A stretch of 59,567 nt of DNA, the filler included, from Sanchytrium tribonematis (Eukaryota): the NCBI GenBank assembly GCA_018985235.1. It is 7 parts of 7 records of this genome, joined end to end, with 100 filler letters (N's around TTAATTAATTAA, not from the genome) between each part and the next. Parts side by side here need not be neighbours in the genome. Positions count along the whole stretch, not along the records: positions 1 to 8,513 come from JADGIG010000374.1; positions 8,614 to 17,097 come from JADGIG010000375.1; 5 more parts are not named here. One strand, written 5' to 3'. The position numbers were made by a program, and so were the translations under genes. The notes beneath the pieces are model-generated. The model saw nothing but the letters and a program-made list of their open reading frames with translations, did no database searches and had not been told where the DNA came from. Of this stretch, positions 1 to 9,744 are shown piece after piece. Numbering within the stretch: the stretch's first letter is position 1; the number at the start of each line of letters is the position of its first letter.

Positions 1-803
1 ATATTGGGATCATATATCCAATTGAGATCTGGATATTCAGTATCTCAAAGGACTAGGCCTAATTCACTGGCCATGTCAAAAACGGGTTTTTCATTTAATT
101 GGGAATCTATTAGAAATGAGATGTCAGATTCTAATTCATAGCCAATTAAAAAGAGGGCTGCCATCGTGTATCTGATTTGATGCCATAAAAAGGCACTTCC
201 TTTGATTTCTGCAACCCAAATTTCTTCATTGTCATATATTTTGAATAAATCAAAGACGATAGAGAATATGGTGCGTTTAAAATTGGTTACGTTCTCATCT
301 ACTTTGCAGAAATACTTGAAATCGTGTTCTCCAATGAAGCATTTCGCAGATTTACGCATTTTGTCAATATTTAAATTTCTCTTTAAAAAGTAATATCTGT
401 AAGTTCTACTGGTGCAGCTAAATCTAGCATTGAAATCTTCAATAACAGGGGTGTATGCAACTACTCGGATATCTCCAGGAAGACGAGAATTGATGGCATG
501 AATTGGATTTCCAATATCTCTAATTTTGAGACAAATCACATTTCCAAAGCTGCTGACTCCTTTATCAGTACGCCCACACTTGCTAAAATGCTCTTTCCAT
601 TCAGTAGGATGTATCAGATTGAGATCTAAACACGCATTGATCAAATGGCTTTCAATGGTCGGTGGGACATTTAATGGCAGCAATTTATTGTCTTTTTCAA
701 CAGTGCCTTGCATTTGCAGACCATGGTAGTCCTTTCCAAAGTAGGCAATCTTCAGTGCAGTGGGCAGATAACAAATTTTGTGCTTTTTTGCAACGTGCAT
801 CAT
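1..803 (-). CDS. PUS3: tRNA pseudouridine(38/39) synthase, TruA family; in-frame TGA at 45-47, frame continues to the window edge
   Basis: Motifs KIAYFGKDYHG, KCGRTDKGVS (catalytic Asp), FNARFSCTSRTYRY, GEHDF and GSAFLWHQIR. After the TGA the frame reads DTEYPDLNWIYDPN, matching the Pus3/Deg1 LVL[Y/W]DC..W segment. Confidence 0.92.
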
Positions 804-1060
804 CCCTTCAATTTTTGTAAAATTTGTTGATGGAATTTGTGCTGATAAATCTTGCTGAAATGCATTAATAAACCATCTATAGTCTCAAATATCAACTCAC
901 GGCAATTAAATCCCCTAGTAGAACTGGTGACGACTAATAAATCACCTTCAAATGTCTTAATTTCTAATTTCTTTCCATTTACAGTTGCTTTTTCAACTCC
1001 AAATGCGATTTCGTCTATCACATTCTCTATTTCTAGTTCGGGGGACATGATATGACTCAT
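800..1060 (-). CDS. GSKIP-domain (GSK3-beta interaction) protein
   Basis: 86 aa with IKTFEG...SSTRGF and FETIDGLLMHFSKIYQHKF...LQKL, the GSKIP pattern. Its stop overlaps the PUS3 start. Confidence 0.65.
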   Translation of the reverse strand: MSHIMSPELEIENVIDEIAFGVEKATVNGKKLEIKTFEGDLLVVTSSTRGFNCRELIFETIDGLLMHFSKIYQHKFHQQILQKLKG

Positions 1061-1180
1061 CCAATAACAAACGGGTCTGATTGCTGTTTTGAAAAATATA
1101 ATGGACTGCTTGTTTCCAAATCTAAAATCCCCAAAAATTGCATTTATTATGTGTTTAAATTACATTTGTTGCTGTAATAG

Positions 1181-1651
1181 TCAGTTGAGTAACATGGCTA
1201 TTCCTGGTGACATTGGTGGTGTATTCGAGAGTGCCACAGTGATTTTCATGCTCGCTACTTCTATATTTGTGATTTTGACTGGTTCTTCTTTATGGAATTG
1301 CTTCAAATGCTTTGTCAGATCAAATTTCCATTTAAAACTAATTTTACAGATATCACAAATCCCTTCTGTAATGTCAAAATGTTTTTTAACGTGATTTCTC
1401 AAATTATTCGTATTACTCGTCAAATACTCGCAATATTTCCACAAACACTTCCCATTCCCTTCTCGTAACTCATGATTCCGCTTCAAATGTCTAAAAGCTT
1501 CAAAATCGTTCTTACAGACATATGAGCAGTCATTCCACAAACAACGCATCTCATTATGTAATTCTCTTTTTCGTATGTAGAAAGATATGTCGAAATTAGT
1601 CAAAATCTCTGCATCTACAGCTCCCGGTTGAAGCTTCGACTCTTCGAACAT
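1181..1651 (-). CDS. C2H2 zinc-finger protein (three fingers)
   Basis: CLWNDC...HLKRNH, CLWKYC...HVKKH and CDIC...HLKQFH. Confidence 0.85.
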   Translation of the reverse strand: MFEESKLQPGAVDAEILTNFDISFYIRKRELHNEMRCLWNDCSYVCKNDFEAFRHLKRNHELREGNGKCLWKYCEYLTSNTNNLRNHVKKHFDITEGICDICKISFKWKFDLTKHLKQFHKEEPVKITNIEVASMKITVALSNTPPMSPGIAMLLN

Positions 1652-2260
1652 CTCGAAATTGATGTTTCAGACAGATTTTCACGTCATCAGCTGCCCTTCC
1701 CCGCAAAATATCTCCACAATTTATCAACTACTGTTAATTAAGTGAATTTTGCACCGTGTCAGATTTAATACCGCGTCTTATTTAATACTATTTTTCCTAG
1801 TGAAACAAATTCCGATCTTTAATTTTCATGAAATCATCAAATATTCAATTTATTCAGTATAATACCATGAAAGCAACACTTATAAATGTTCCTAGCTTAT
1901 CTGATCCGTTTGAAATCTCTGTAAATTGAGTTTCTTTTCATTTAGTCACATTTTGACTCATTTTACCCAATTCTGGCTCCATCTGTGTATAAACTGGTTG
2001 GCATTTATGTGCCATCAATACAGTAGCCATCATCATGTACACTCATCCAATATCCATTCAAATATCCTCCATATTTAATCTTTTCGATGATTTGCTCATT
2101 TGATTGGCTCTTTCTAATGTGAGATTCTTCTGAATCCCTCCCATCTGCATTCCATTATATCATTCCATTGATTGTTCCTTTGCATGATCTATGCATCTGA
2201 TCTATGGCCATGATCTGTGCGCTCTATTTTAACGGAATTCCCCGCCATCATCCCCTTCAA

Positions 2261-2764
2261 ATGTATTTGATTTTAGTCACGCTCTTTGCCATTCTGTACA
2301 AACGAGATGCCCCAAGAGGTAATCAAGTGCGTAAAGGTCAACGTGGTTATGCTTACAAAGGATATTCATTTCAATCATCAGGTAATTCGCAACAGAGTAC
2401 TCAGTCCACTCAACAAACAACGCAATCTACAGCTCAACCACCTCTCAATATTTGTGGTTCTAAATCTGGCATTGCATCTTTTTACGATGTCAATAATCCA
2501 TCTGAAAATAATGGATATACTGGCCAAGTCAGTTGCCCCATTGCCATTCCATCCAATGGCATGTATGCTGCTCTCCCAGTCCAATGCATGCAAAATCAAT
2601 GCGGTAAAGTTCTCACAATCACTTATAATGGTAAATCCATTACCGTGCCAGTGATTGATGAATGCAATGGGTGTGCTAGCAATCAAGTAGATTTAAGTGT
2701 ATCTGCTTGGAGAGCATTAGAAAGTAATACAAACATAGGTATTTTAAGTGTTGAATTCAAATAA
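2261..2764 (+). CDS. Secreted RlpA-like double-psi beta-barrel (expansin/loosenin-like) protein
   Basis: Signal-like MYLILVTLFA, a Q/S/T-rich linker, then GIASFY...SC...YAAL...CGKVLTITYNGKSITVPVIDECNGC...VDLS..AW. Start placed at the ATG at 2261. Confidence 0.85.
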   Translation: MYLILVTLFAILYKRDAPRGNQVRKGQRGYAYKGYSFQSSGNSQQSTQSTQQTTQSTAQPPLNICGSKSGIASFYDVNNPSENNGYTGQVSCPIAIPSNGMYAALPVQCMQNQCGKVLTITYNGKSITVPVIDECNGCASNQVDLSVSAWRALESNTNIGILSVEFK

Positions 2765-2793
2765 ATAGAGTAAAAATCATAAATTTATTGTTT

Positions 2794-3868
2794 CTAATGT
2801 TGTTTAACAGCCATCATCCAAATCCGTGTCTTGTACACTTTAAACAAATCTCTCACCAATTCTCTGAAATCTATGCGACGATCCGCAATAAAATAAAATG
2901 TCAATTTTCTACGATCCCTAAATAAATATGAAATACCATTGATATTCACAATCTACGACAGTCATGGGTAATCCCATATCACTGGTTAATTTCATACAAT
3001 ATTGCAAAGCATCCATTTCTTCTTGTGATTTCGTAATTAACATGGTGACTTCACTAGGCTGTGCCATTCTGTAGATTTGACGCGGATGAATTTCATGATT
3101 GACCTTGTGTAAATCTGTTAATAAGCCACGCAATACTTCATTTTCAGACTCATCAGATAATTTCATCAAAATGTCTTTTGAGAGTGTATTTTGAAGAATT
3201 TTACCTAGATCTTTACCACGATCCCCTTCTACAATCACGAGTGTGTTTAAATCCATTAATTCACCCATATAATAAAATACATCAGATCTACCACCTTTAA
3301 ATTCAACCAAATAAAATACTTGCTCATTTGGAAAAGAATTGAGTGATTTACCATGTCCAATATCATGAATAGGCTGGATATCCATTAAAGAAGGATTGAT
3401 TAAATTGGCATAACCATTGGAGATGGATTGAGAGAGCGCGTGTGTCATTTTCGTATTTTGAGCCACTGGTGTGGGATGCAAAGAATGACGACGCACTGGG
3501 TTAGATGAAGTGCGTTTCTTGTCACTCCAGATGGATGGCATTCCCAATACGATGGATTTACTACGCTGTCTTTTCATTGGATCTTCATCATTTAAATCAC
3601 TTAATGGAGAATCGACTCTATCATATTTAGTAGGGGATGGATTGGGGTCTTGTAGACTCATATTACTTAATGCTTTAGTGATATCTGATTGATTTAAAGA
3701 GGAAAGGGATTGAGATCGATTAAATGGATGATATTGCAGGATTTGGGAGTATGATTTGGTGGGGGAGTCATTGGCATCATTTAATGGAGATTGCATCGAT
3801 GGATAGTCCATAGATGGGTTTAAATGATCTGTTAATGGACTAGTTGATTTCATATTGAGGGGGAACAT
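2794..3868 (-). CDS. PSP1: PSP1 C-terminal domain protein, two exons (3868-2937 and 2917-2794)
   Basis: YLVEFKGGRSDVF, VIVEGDRGKDLG and LPMTVVDCEYQW. Removing the 19-nt intron gives W-DRRKLTFYFIADRRIDFRELVRDLFKVYKTRIWM, the canonical PSP1 C-terminus. Confidence 0.9.
2918..2936 (-). other. 19-nt spliceosomal intron GTATTTCATATTTATTTAG
   Basis: GT...AG ends. It splits a TG|G Trp codon, and its removal restores EYQWDRRKLTFYF. Confidence 0.88.
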
Positions 3869-4244
3869 GTTTGGAAATATATGGATGGGGTGATTGGAGG
3901 ATGGGTGATTTATGGAATATTAAATGATGTGATTGGGTTAAAATTGATTTATTTGAGATTAATTCATTTGTGGGGATTACAAAGTGAAAATCAATTTGAA
4001 AATAGACTATCAATTTGAGATAAGAGAGATCTGTTTGAGATTGGCAAATTTGGGGAAATCAGGGTAGATTGGAAGAAATTGTCAATTCGAAGATACTTAT
4101 GTTTAAATTTATTAAATAAATACAAATAAATAACATGACACTGTTTGTATAACAATTGAATGAGATGAACTAGTCGTACTTGAATTATTTGAGCCACTTT
4201 TATGTGCAAGTTTTGATTCACCAGGTTGTTCATTGGGATGTTCA

Positions 4245-4574
4245 TCACGAAAAATAAGCAGTACATCCTTCTAAACAAGTTAAATCATCTCCACAAAGAC
4301 GTGTTAAACAATTAACTTCATCTGTTGAATTGCATTTTTCACATGCCATGTCTTTTTCAGATGCATTTGGACCAGTGAATCTCTTTGCATTTTGTTCATA
4401 TTCTGCTGCTGACATACTGGATGATACACAATCTCGTTTCGTAATTAAAGTCGTCGCATCTGAAGACGCACGATTGGCAATATCACTAGAATCTTGTGCA
4501 TTTTGAATAGCAGTACTCAAACTGGCATCCGTACAATCACTTTGTGCTATAATGATTGATGTGAATATCAACAT
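4245..4574 (-). CDS. Small secreted cysteine-rich protein
   Basis: MLIFTSIIIA signal-like start, a KR dibasic site (TKRDC) and a Cys-rich C-terminus. Confidence 0.6.
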   Translation of the reverse strand: MLIFTSIIIAQSDCTDASLSTAIQNAQDSSDIANRASSDATTLITKRDCVSSSMSAAEYEQNAKRFTGPNASEKDMACEKCNSTDEVNCLTRLCGDDLTCLEGCTAYFS

Positions 4575-4789
4575 TCCTTTTTCTTGCGGATACATGGACC
4601 AAATTGATGCACGTGTCTGGACCAATCAAATTAATATCAGCTCTATCCGAATATGGCGTTTAATTTATATAGCTTTACAATGTCATCAGAATAATCACTC
4701 GCTTGCAAATCTCTTAGGAAATCAAAAAAATTTCTCCATTGACCTGGTTCACCATTATACGGCTCCCTTTCAAACGAGCAACTATTTAT

Positions 4790-5797
4790 TTAAATTGGAA
4801 TGGGTTCAATGCCTGATGAATATTTGGATTCTGTCTTTCTTGACGTTACAGGATCGTTTTTGGAAGCCTTTAAAGTCTTAAAAGCATCATTTAAATCCTC
4901 AGCTGTAATACGTTGTGAACTATCATCAGCAGTCTCTACAGTCCCTTTCTTGACACGCTTAACCCGTGGTACTTTATGACCGATGCTTTTCCTTTTCCTA
5001 TTATCTTTTGGTGTCAATGCTTCAAATTTAGACATCCATGTATTTCCTACTACATTAAAATCTCTTCCTTCATGAGTTTTAAATCGATTATTTCCCATTA
5101 ATTGTAAAGAAATCAATAATTTGACTAATTGAAAATTCCCTGTTTCTTCCACATCTTCTTTCATATCATTTAACACTCTATTCCACACATGAATAGCCAT
5201 TTGTAATTGATTTTCTTGAATAAATTGATTGATATTTTGAATCATGATTTCAATATCCCCTTTTGTAATTTCGAATTGAAAATGATGTTGTTTCGTCCAA
5301 TTTATTTCACTATTGAATAGACTGGGTTGTAATTTATCGAGTCTGGACTGAAATGCTTTGGTCCAATATTCCACATAAAAAACCAAATCGAGGTATTTCA
5401 ATTGTATTACTTCGGAGAGGGATAATAAATTTCTGAATTTGTGTGAGCCATGACGCGTATATTGAATGAATTCTAATAATAAACCCAATTGTTGGTCATG
5501 ATTTTGTGTCATTTGAATCAATTGAATGCCCCATATGCGCATATGATTTAAAAATGAGATGTATTCTGTAGAAAATTCAAATGCATGACTACTACACAAT
5601 CTGATAAATCTCGTCGTCATGACATCCCATAAGAGGAGTGGGGTGGCATTTGGTTCATTTCTGTTATTTTTGACTAGAAATTTGAATAATGGAAATATTT
5701 GAGTGGATGAATAAGAGTATTTTGGATGGATTGTGGTTGGTTGTTGAGTGGATTGGATCATTGGGGATGTGAATACGCACATTAAAATGGAAATCAT
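4790..5797 (-). CDS. Secreted hypothetical protein, paralogue of 5895-6752, with a basic NLS-like tail
   Basis: MISILMCVFT leader; shares WNRV[L/I]NDMKED[V/L]E and Q..GN with its neighbour; C-terminal RKRK and RVKRVKK. Confidence 0.75.
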   Translation of the reverse strand: MISILMCVFTSPMIQSTQQPTTIHPKYSYSSTQIFPLFKFLVKNNRNEPNATPLLLWDVMTTRFIRLCSSHAFEFSTEYISFLNHMRIWGIQLIQMTQNHDQQLGLLLEFIQYTRHGSHKFRNLLSLSEVIQLKYLDLVFYVEYWTKAFQSRLDKLQPSLFNSEINWTKQHHFQFEITKGDIEIMIQNINQFIQENQLQMAIHVWNRVLNDMKEDVEETGNFQLVKLLISLQLMGNNRFKTHEGRDFNVVGNTWMSKFEALTPKDNRKRKSIGHKVPRVKRVKKGTVETADDSSQRITAEDLNDAFKTLKASKNDPVTSRKTESKYSSGIEPIPI

Positions 5798-5894
5798 TGT
5801 GTTTGATCCTAATTTAGCAGCGGGGCATTATCTGTAAATTGATTGGTAAAAGATGAAGATGTTTTATTCAAAGTTCAAATTCAATTTTAATGAT

Positions 5895-6752
5895 TCAGAT
5901 TTGCCAAATTCTCCGCTTTCTTTCTCCATTAGGATGTGTAGGAGCTTTTCTCTTGCTCGAATTCAGCACCTGTTCAACGTCATTTTCAAGTGATTTAAAT
6001 GCTTCAATTTGATCATTCGCATTAATTAATTTAAAGTTTCCAGCTTGTTGTATTTCCTTCAATTTTTGAAAGATATCCAAGTCTTTTGGATCTTTTGAAT
6101 CTTCTAAATCTTCTTTCATATCATTAATGACTCTATTCCACATTCTAAGAGGAGATAATGAATTTTCTTTCCTCAAATCTGGCACTATGTGACCAATAAA
6201 GTCATGTACAAATTGAATTCTGTCTTCATGAAAAGAAAACTCCACAATTGGTTTCCAATTTAATAAATCATTTAAAATGAATTCAGGGTTCAATAATACT
6301 ATAAGTTTTAATCTTGTTTTTAATTCGTTCCTCCAAGACTTGTAATAATCACATTCATCAGATGGCAATTCCTCAAATGAATTCAATTCTAAAAGTTTTA
6401 AAAACTGATTACCAGACACATGTGGTTGAAGCAAATACAACAACATCCACAATTGGCTTTCTCGTAAATCTTTATCATCTTCTTTTACAGCTTCTTGGCC
6501 AGTAACCCAAATCAGTTTTATGAATTCACATTTTACATTAGGAGGATCTCTTTTATTGCAGGATTGATGTAATACTTTAAACATGGTATTCCATACAGAT
6601 AGTGGACTGATAGTTTTTGAATCATATGGTACTGTTTTAATTTTATCTCGATACAATTTGAGAATTGGAGTTATTTTATAATCTGGAAATGGAATAATTT
6701 GACGTACATGAGTCATTGGAATCGCAAATATGCAAATGATAATGAAAATCAT
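5895..6752 (-). CDS. Secreted hypothetical protein, paralogue of 4790-5797, with a bipartite NLS-like tail
   Basis: MIFIIICIFA leader; internal repeat SPLSVWN / SPLRMWN; C-terminal KRKAPTHPNGERKRR. Confidence 0.75.
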   Translation of the reverse strand: MIFIIICIFAIPMTHVRQIIPFPDYKITPILKLYRDKIKTVPYDSKTISPLSVWNTMFKVLHQSCNKRDPPNVKCEFIKLIWVTGQEAVKEDDKDLRESQLWMLLYLLQPHVSGNQFLKLLELNSFEELPSDECDYYKSWRNELKTRLKLIVLLNPEFILNDLLNWKPIVEFSFHEDRIQFVHDFIGHIVPDLRKENSLSPLRMWNRVINDMKEDLEDSKDPKDLDIFQKLKEIQQAGNFKLINANDQIEAFKSLENDVEQVLNSSKRKAPTHPNGERKRRIWQI

Positions 6753-6910
6753 TGTGTTTGATCCTTTTAGACGGAGAAGGATTTTTGTGCATCGTTGTGA
6801 AACATCATCGGATAGTTCACGCTATTAATTGGGTTGTTATTTATTTATTCAACATATTACAAGAATACGGAATAACTAATAAAGTCAAGAAATTTCAAAC
6901 CCATCTATCA

Positions 6911-7477
6911 TCATTTAATTAGTAAATGTTATTATTATCTATCATAATTCCGCCAATTTTTGCTTCTTTATCTCTTCATCTTGTTTTCTTCTATTAGATT
7001 TGCACTTGCTCTTCTTTCTATTCATAAAAGCATCATCTTTTTTACTTAAATATCCCACAAGCAAATTCATTTCTTGTTGATTTGATTTTACCCATTGTCC
7101 ATTGATATTGTCCATTGATATTTTTCAATTTTCTATATTTATTTGACAACTAAAAGCCATCTTTTATAATATCCTGTAATAATATTGTGAGTGGACATTT
7201 TATTTCACAAATATAAAATAGTTTCATTTTTAAGTCCCGTTTTACAATTCGCAGCACGTCTTGATGTATTACGAGTAGATTTTACCCTTCCTTTATAAGC
7301 AATCTCTAGTTCATTAAATGATTTTTCTTGCAAATTTAATTCTTCCTCATTTGATTTCACCCATTTCCATAGAGCAAATAACATTGAGTTTGATCCCCAA
7401 AACAAATTAGCAGCGGAGTAGGAATCACACCATATTGTTTCAACGTGACTCTCTAAATATTCTAGAAATATTCGCAA
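6911..7477 (-). pseudogene. Two degenerate related ORF fragments, possibly Tc1/mariner transposase C-terminal remnants
   Basis: WKWVKSNEEELNL (ORF 7205-7477) and QWVKSNQQEMNL (about 7060-7100) are similar. Stops and a 13-bp tandem duplication interrupt the second. Weak resemblance to the transposase tail at 53363-53575. Confidence 0.35.
7094..7119. repeat. 13-bp perfect tandem duplication (ATTGTCCATTGAT x2)
   Basis: Read directly at 7094-7106 and 7107-7119. Confidence 0.9.
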
Positions 7478-7491
7478 TGTTGTATGATTTA

Positions 7492-8505
7492 TTAAATAAC
7501 CCGTCTTTGATTTCTTTCATATTCCTCTTTATTTTTAAAATTTTCAACTGTTTTCCATCTAGATCCAAATAAATGCTTAATGGCAGTGAAATCAGTACAT
7601 GTATGATCCACATCGCCTGCTATTTCAGATGGTACATGTATTCCGCAATTAAACATATCTACAGATCCAATGAACACATCTCCAATTAAAATGGGAGATT
7701 TCATTAAAACAGTCAAATCTGAATAATATTGGGAAACGTGGTGATTGATGGCTCTTGTCATGACACCAGGACCAGTAGTATGTACAATTCGCTTAATATT
7801 TTCAAATTGAGATTGATTTTTGTGATAATTTGTGAAAATATCTTCAATGCAATTCATCAAGACAGGATGGCGTGGATTGCCACCAAATGTCCATTGGGTG
7901 ATTTGTATGGGTGCCGCGTATAAATGAGTCTTCCAATGCTTGAAATTAATAGCTTCTAAACCCACTATAAATTGGATTTTAGAGGGTTTTATCATTTTAT
8001 CAATTTTATTCGGCCATTCATCTGGATTCCTTTTCATAACAACATCTGAATCCATATAAATACCACCATGATGATAAATATATAAATATCTACAGAAATC
8101 GGATTTCATGACTCCAAATTTGAATGCGTTGAACATTTGCAAATATTTTGGATAATGGAATTTGATTAATTGTGCACAATCTGTGTCATTAAAGATGACT
8201 AATTCATAATCGGTGTATTGTAAAGTGGATATAAATGATTTTTGAGCAAATTGATCGAAATTTGTAGATATTTTTGATTTTACACTCGTGTAGATCACTT
8301 TATTGGTCAATTCAAATGGATAATCTAATGATTGATAGACTTGTGGATAGTTATTAAAGTGTATGGTGTCGTATTTGAAGTGATAAAGTGGCAATATTTG
8401 GATATAAATGGATATGATTGCAAATATCAAAATGGCAATTTTGAATGGGTTTAATTTGATGATGCGTATTAGATTTCTTGCATTTGATGTTGAATGAAGC
8501 AACAT
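7492..8505 (-). CDS. GT32 (Och1-like) alpha-mannosyltransferase, type II membrane protein
   Basis: N-terminal TM; KSDFCRYLYIYHHGGIYMDSD (DxD), IVGLE, QITQWTF...HPVL, TGPGVMT and HLFGSRWK. Confidence 0.88.
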   Translation of the reverse strand: MLLHSTSNARNLIRIIKLNPFKIAILIFAIISIYIQILPLYHFKYDTIHFNNYPQVYQSLDYPFELTNKVIYTSVKSKISTNFDQFAQKSFISTLQYTDYELVIFNDTDCAQLIKFHYPKYLQMFNAFKFGVMKSDFCRYLYIYHHGGIYMDSDVVMKRNPDEWPNKIDKMIKPSKIQFIVGLEAINFKHWKTHLYAAPIQITQWTFGGNPRHPVLMNCIEDIFTNYHKNQSQFENIKRIVHTTGPGVMTRAINHHVSQYYSDLTVLMKSPILIGDVFIGSVDMFNCGIHVPSEIAGDVDHTCTDFTAIKHLFGSRWKTVENFKNKEEYERNQRRVI

Positions 8506-8513
8506 TGGGTTTG

Positions 8514-8613
8514 NNNNNNNNNNNNNNNNNNNNNNNNNNNNNNNNNNNNNNNNNNNNTTAATTAATTAANNNNNNNNNNNNNNNNNNNNNNNNNNNNNNN
8601 NNNNNNNNNNNNN
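8514..8613. other. Artificial contig spacer N44-TTAATTAATTAA-N44
   Basis: Six-frame stop linker flanked by N runs, identical at six positions. Confidence 0.99.
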
Positions 8614-8615
8614 AT

Positions 8616-9734
8616 AATTTAGATGCTAAAACTGTTGCAAAGGAAATTTCCCAAATAACAGAGTTTGATCCGCAGTTGGGATCTCGACTCGCTGAATGGC
8701 TTGTTAAGGAGAATTGCATAGAAGAAGGCATTGTAGTTATGCTGAAAATGGGAGAATTTGATCGAGCTTTTAAGCTAGCTTTCGGGCACCAATGTTTTGA
8801 ATTTTTATTTGATAATATTTTAAAGTATAAATTAAATGGGTCTCAATACCAAGACCTGGGAAATCAATTTTCCGCACATAATTTGTATGAACAAGGTGGT
8901 ACAATGTTTTTGCTAGCAGGGAAATATGAACAAGCCTTGAAACTATTTCTTTCTTGTAAAGAAAAAGGGCTAGACTTAGCTCTTGTAGCAGCTAAAAAGT
9001 CTAACGACAAAAATTTGATAAACTACTTTATTAACACCCTCATTGATGACAGGAACGACTATTTTTCTAATGCTAGTCTTTATTTGCCTTTTTTTGTGTC
9101 CCTGGGAAGAATTGAAGCTGCAACCCCAATTTGTTTAAAATTTGGAAATAAGGAACTAATGACTTCCAATCATTTGAAAGCTCGCCAAATATACAATGAG
9201 TTTATAACTACATTGACTATTCAGCGTAAACTCATACCAAATGAAGTTTATGGTGGACTTTATATCAGTCAAGCATATCTTTCCTTAAAAAAGCTGATCG
9301 AGATAGATCAAGAATTGGACGTAGCAAATTTGCTAACTTTTATCTTGGCAAGGCTGGAGTATTTTCAAAAGTACGAGATGTCTGTTCTGACAAGTGCCAT
9401 GATTTATTACCACAAGGTTGGAATGAAAAAAGAAGCATATCAGCTAGCTCAAAGACTTCTTCTTCGAAATGATATTAATGAGCAATTTCGAAGGAAAACA
9501 GAAAACATTGCTAGAAAGCCCACTGTGGAAACTTTAGAAATGGCTATAGTGAATTGTCAATCATGTCATTCTTCGAACAAATTCTCGGAAATATATTGTC
9601 AAAATTGTAAAAGTGTAATTCATAGATGCATGCTTACATTTAAATCACTGGATAATCCAAAAACATGTAAAAAGTGCAACGTATTTTATGGAAATTCTAT
9701 AGAATCTTGCATAATTTGTGAAAATTTATTATAA
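8616..9734 (+). CDS. WDR19: IFT-A subunit WDR19/IFT144, C-terminal part (5' truncated)
   Basis: Frame open from the contig start. TPR-like helices; VLTSAMIYYHKVGMKKEAYQLAQRLL...FRRKTENIARKP resembles the WDR19 LTSTVIEC..GLK..A...KIE..VRRP block, followed by a C-terminal CxxC zinc cluster. Confidence 0.78.
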   Translation, partial: NLDAKTVAKEISQITEFDPQLGSRLAEWLVKENCIEEGIVVMLKMGEFDRAFKLAFGHQCFEFLFDNILKYKLNGSQYQDLGNQFSAHNLYEQGGTMFLLAGKYEQALKLFLSCKEKGLDLALVAAKKSNDKNLINYFINTLIDDRNDYFSNASLYLPFFVSLGRIEAATPICLKFGNKELMTSNHLKARQIYNEFITTLTIQRKLIPNEVYGGLYISQAYLSLKKLIEIDQELDVANLLTFILARLEYFQKYEMSVLTSAMIYYHKVGMKKEAYQLAQRLLLRNDINEQFRRKTENIARKPTVETLEMAIVNCQSCHSSNKFSEIYCQNCKSVIHRCMLTFKSLDNPKTCKKCNVFYGNSIESCIICENLL

Positions 9735-9744
9735 AATCTAGAAA

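Noticed and set aside
3991..4278. 95-aa ORF, and the many other short antisense or alternative-frame ORFs in the track
   Set aside because: They overlap better-supported genes or show no motifs, and are expected by chance.
8558..8569. TTAATTAATTAA palindrome recurring six times at about 8.5-kb spacing
   Set aside because: It is an artificial six-frame stop linker inside N runs, not a biological repeat or CRISPR array.
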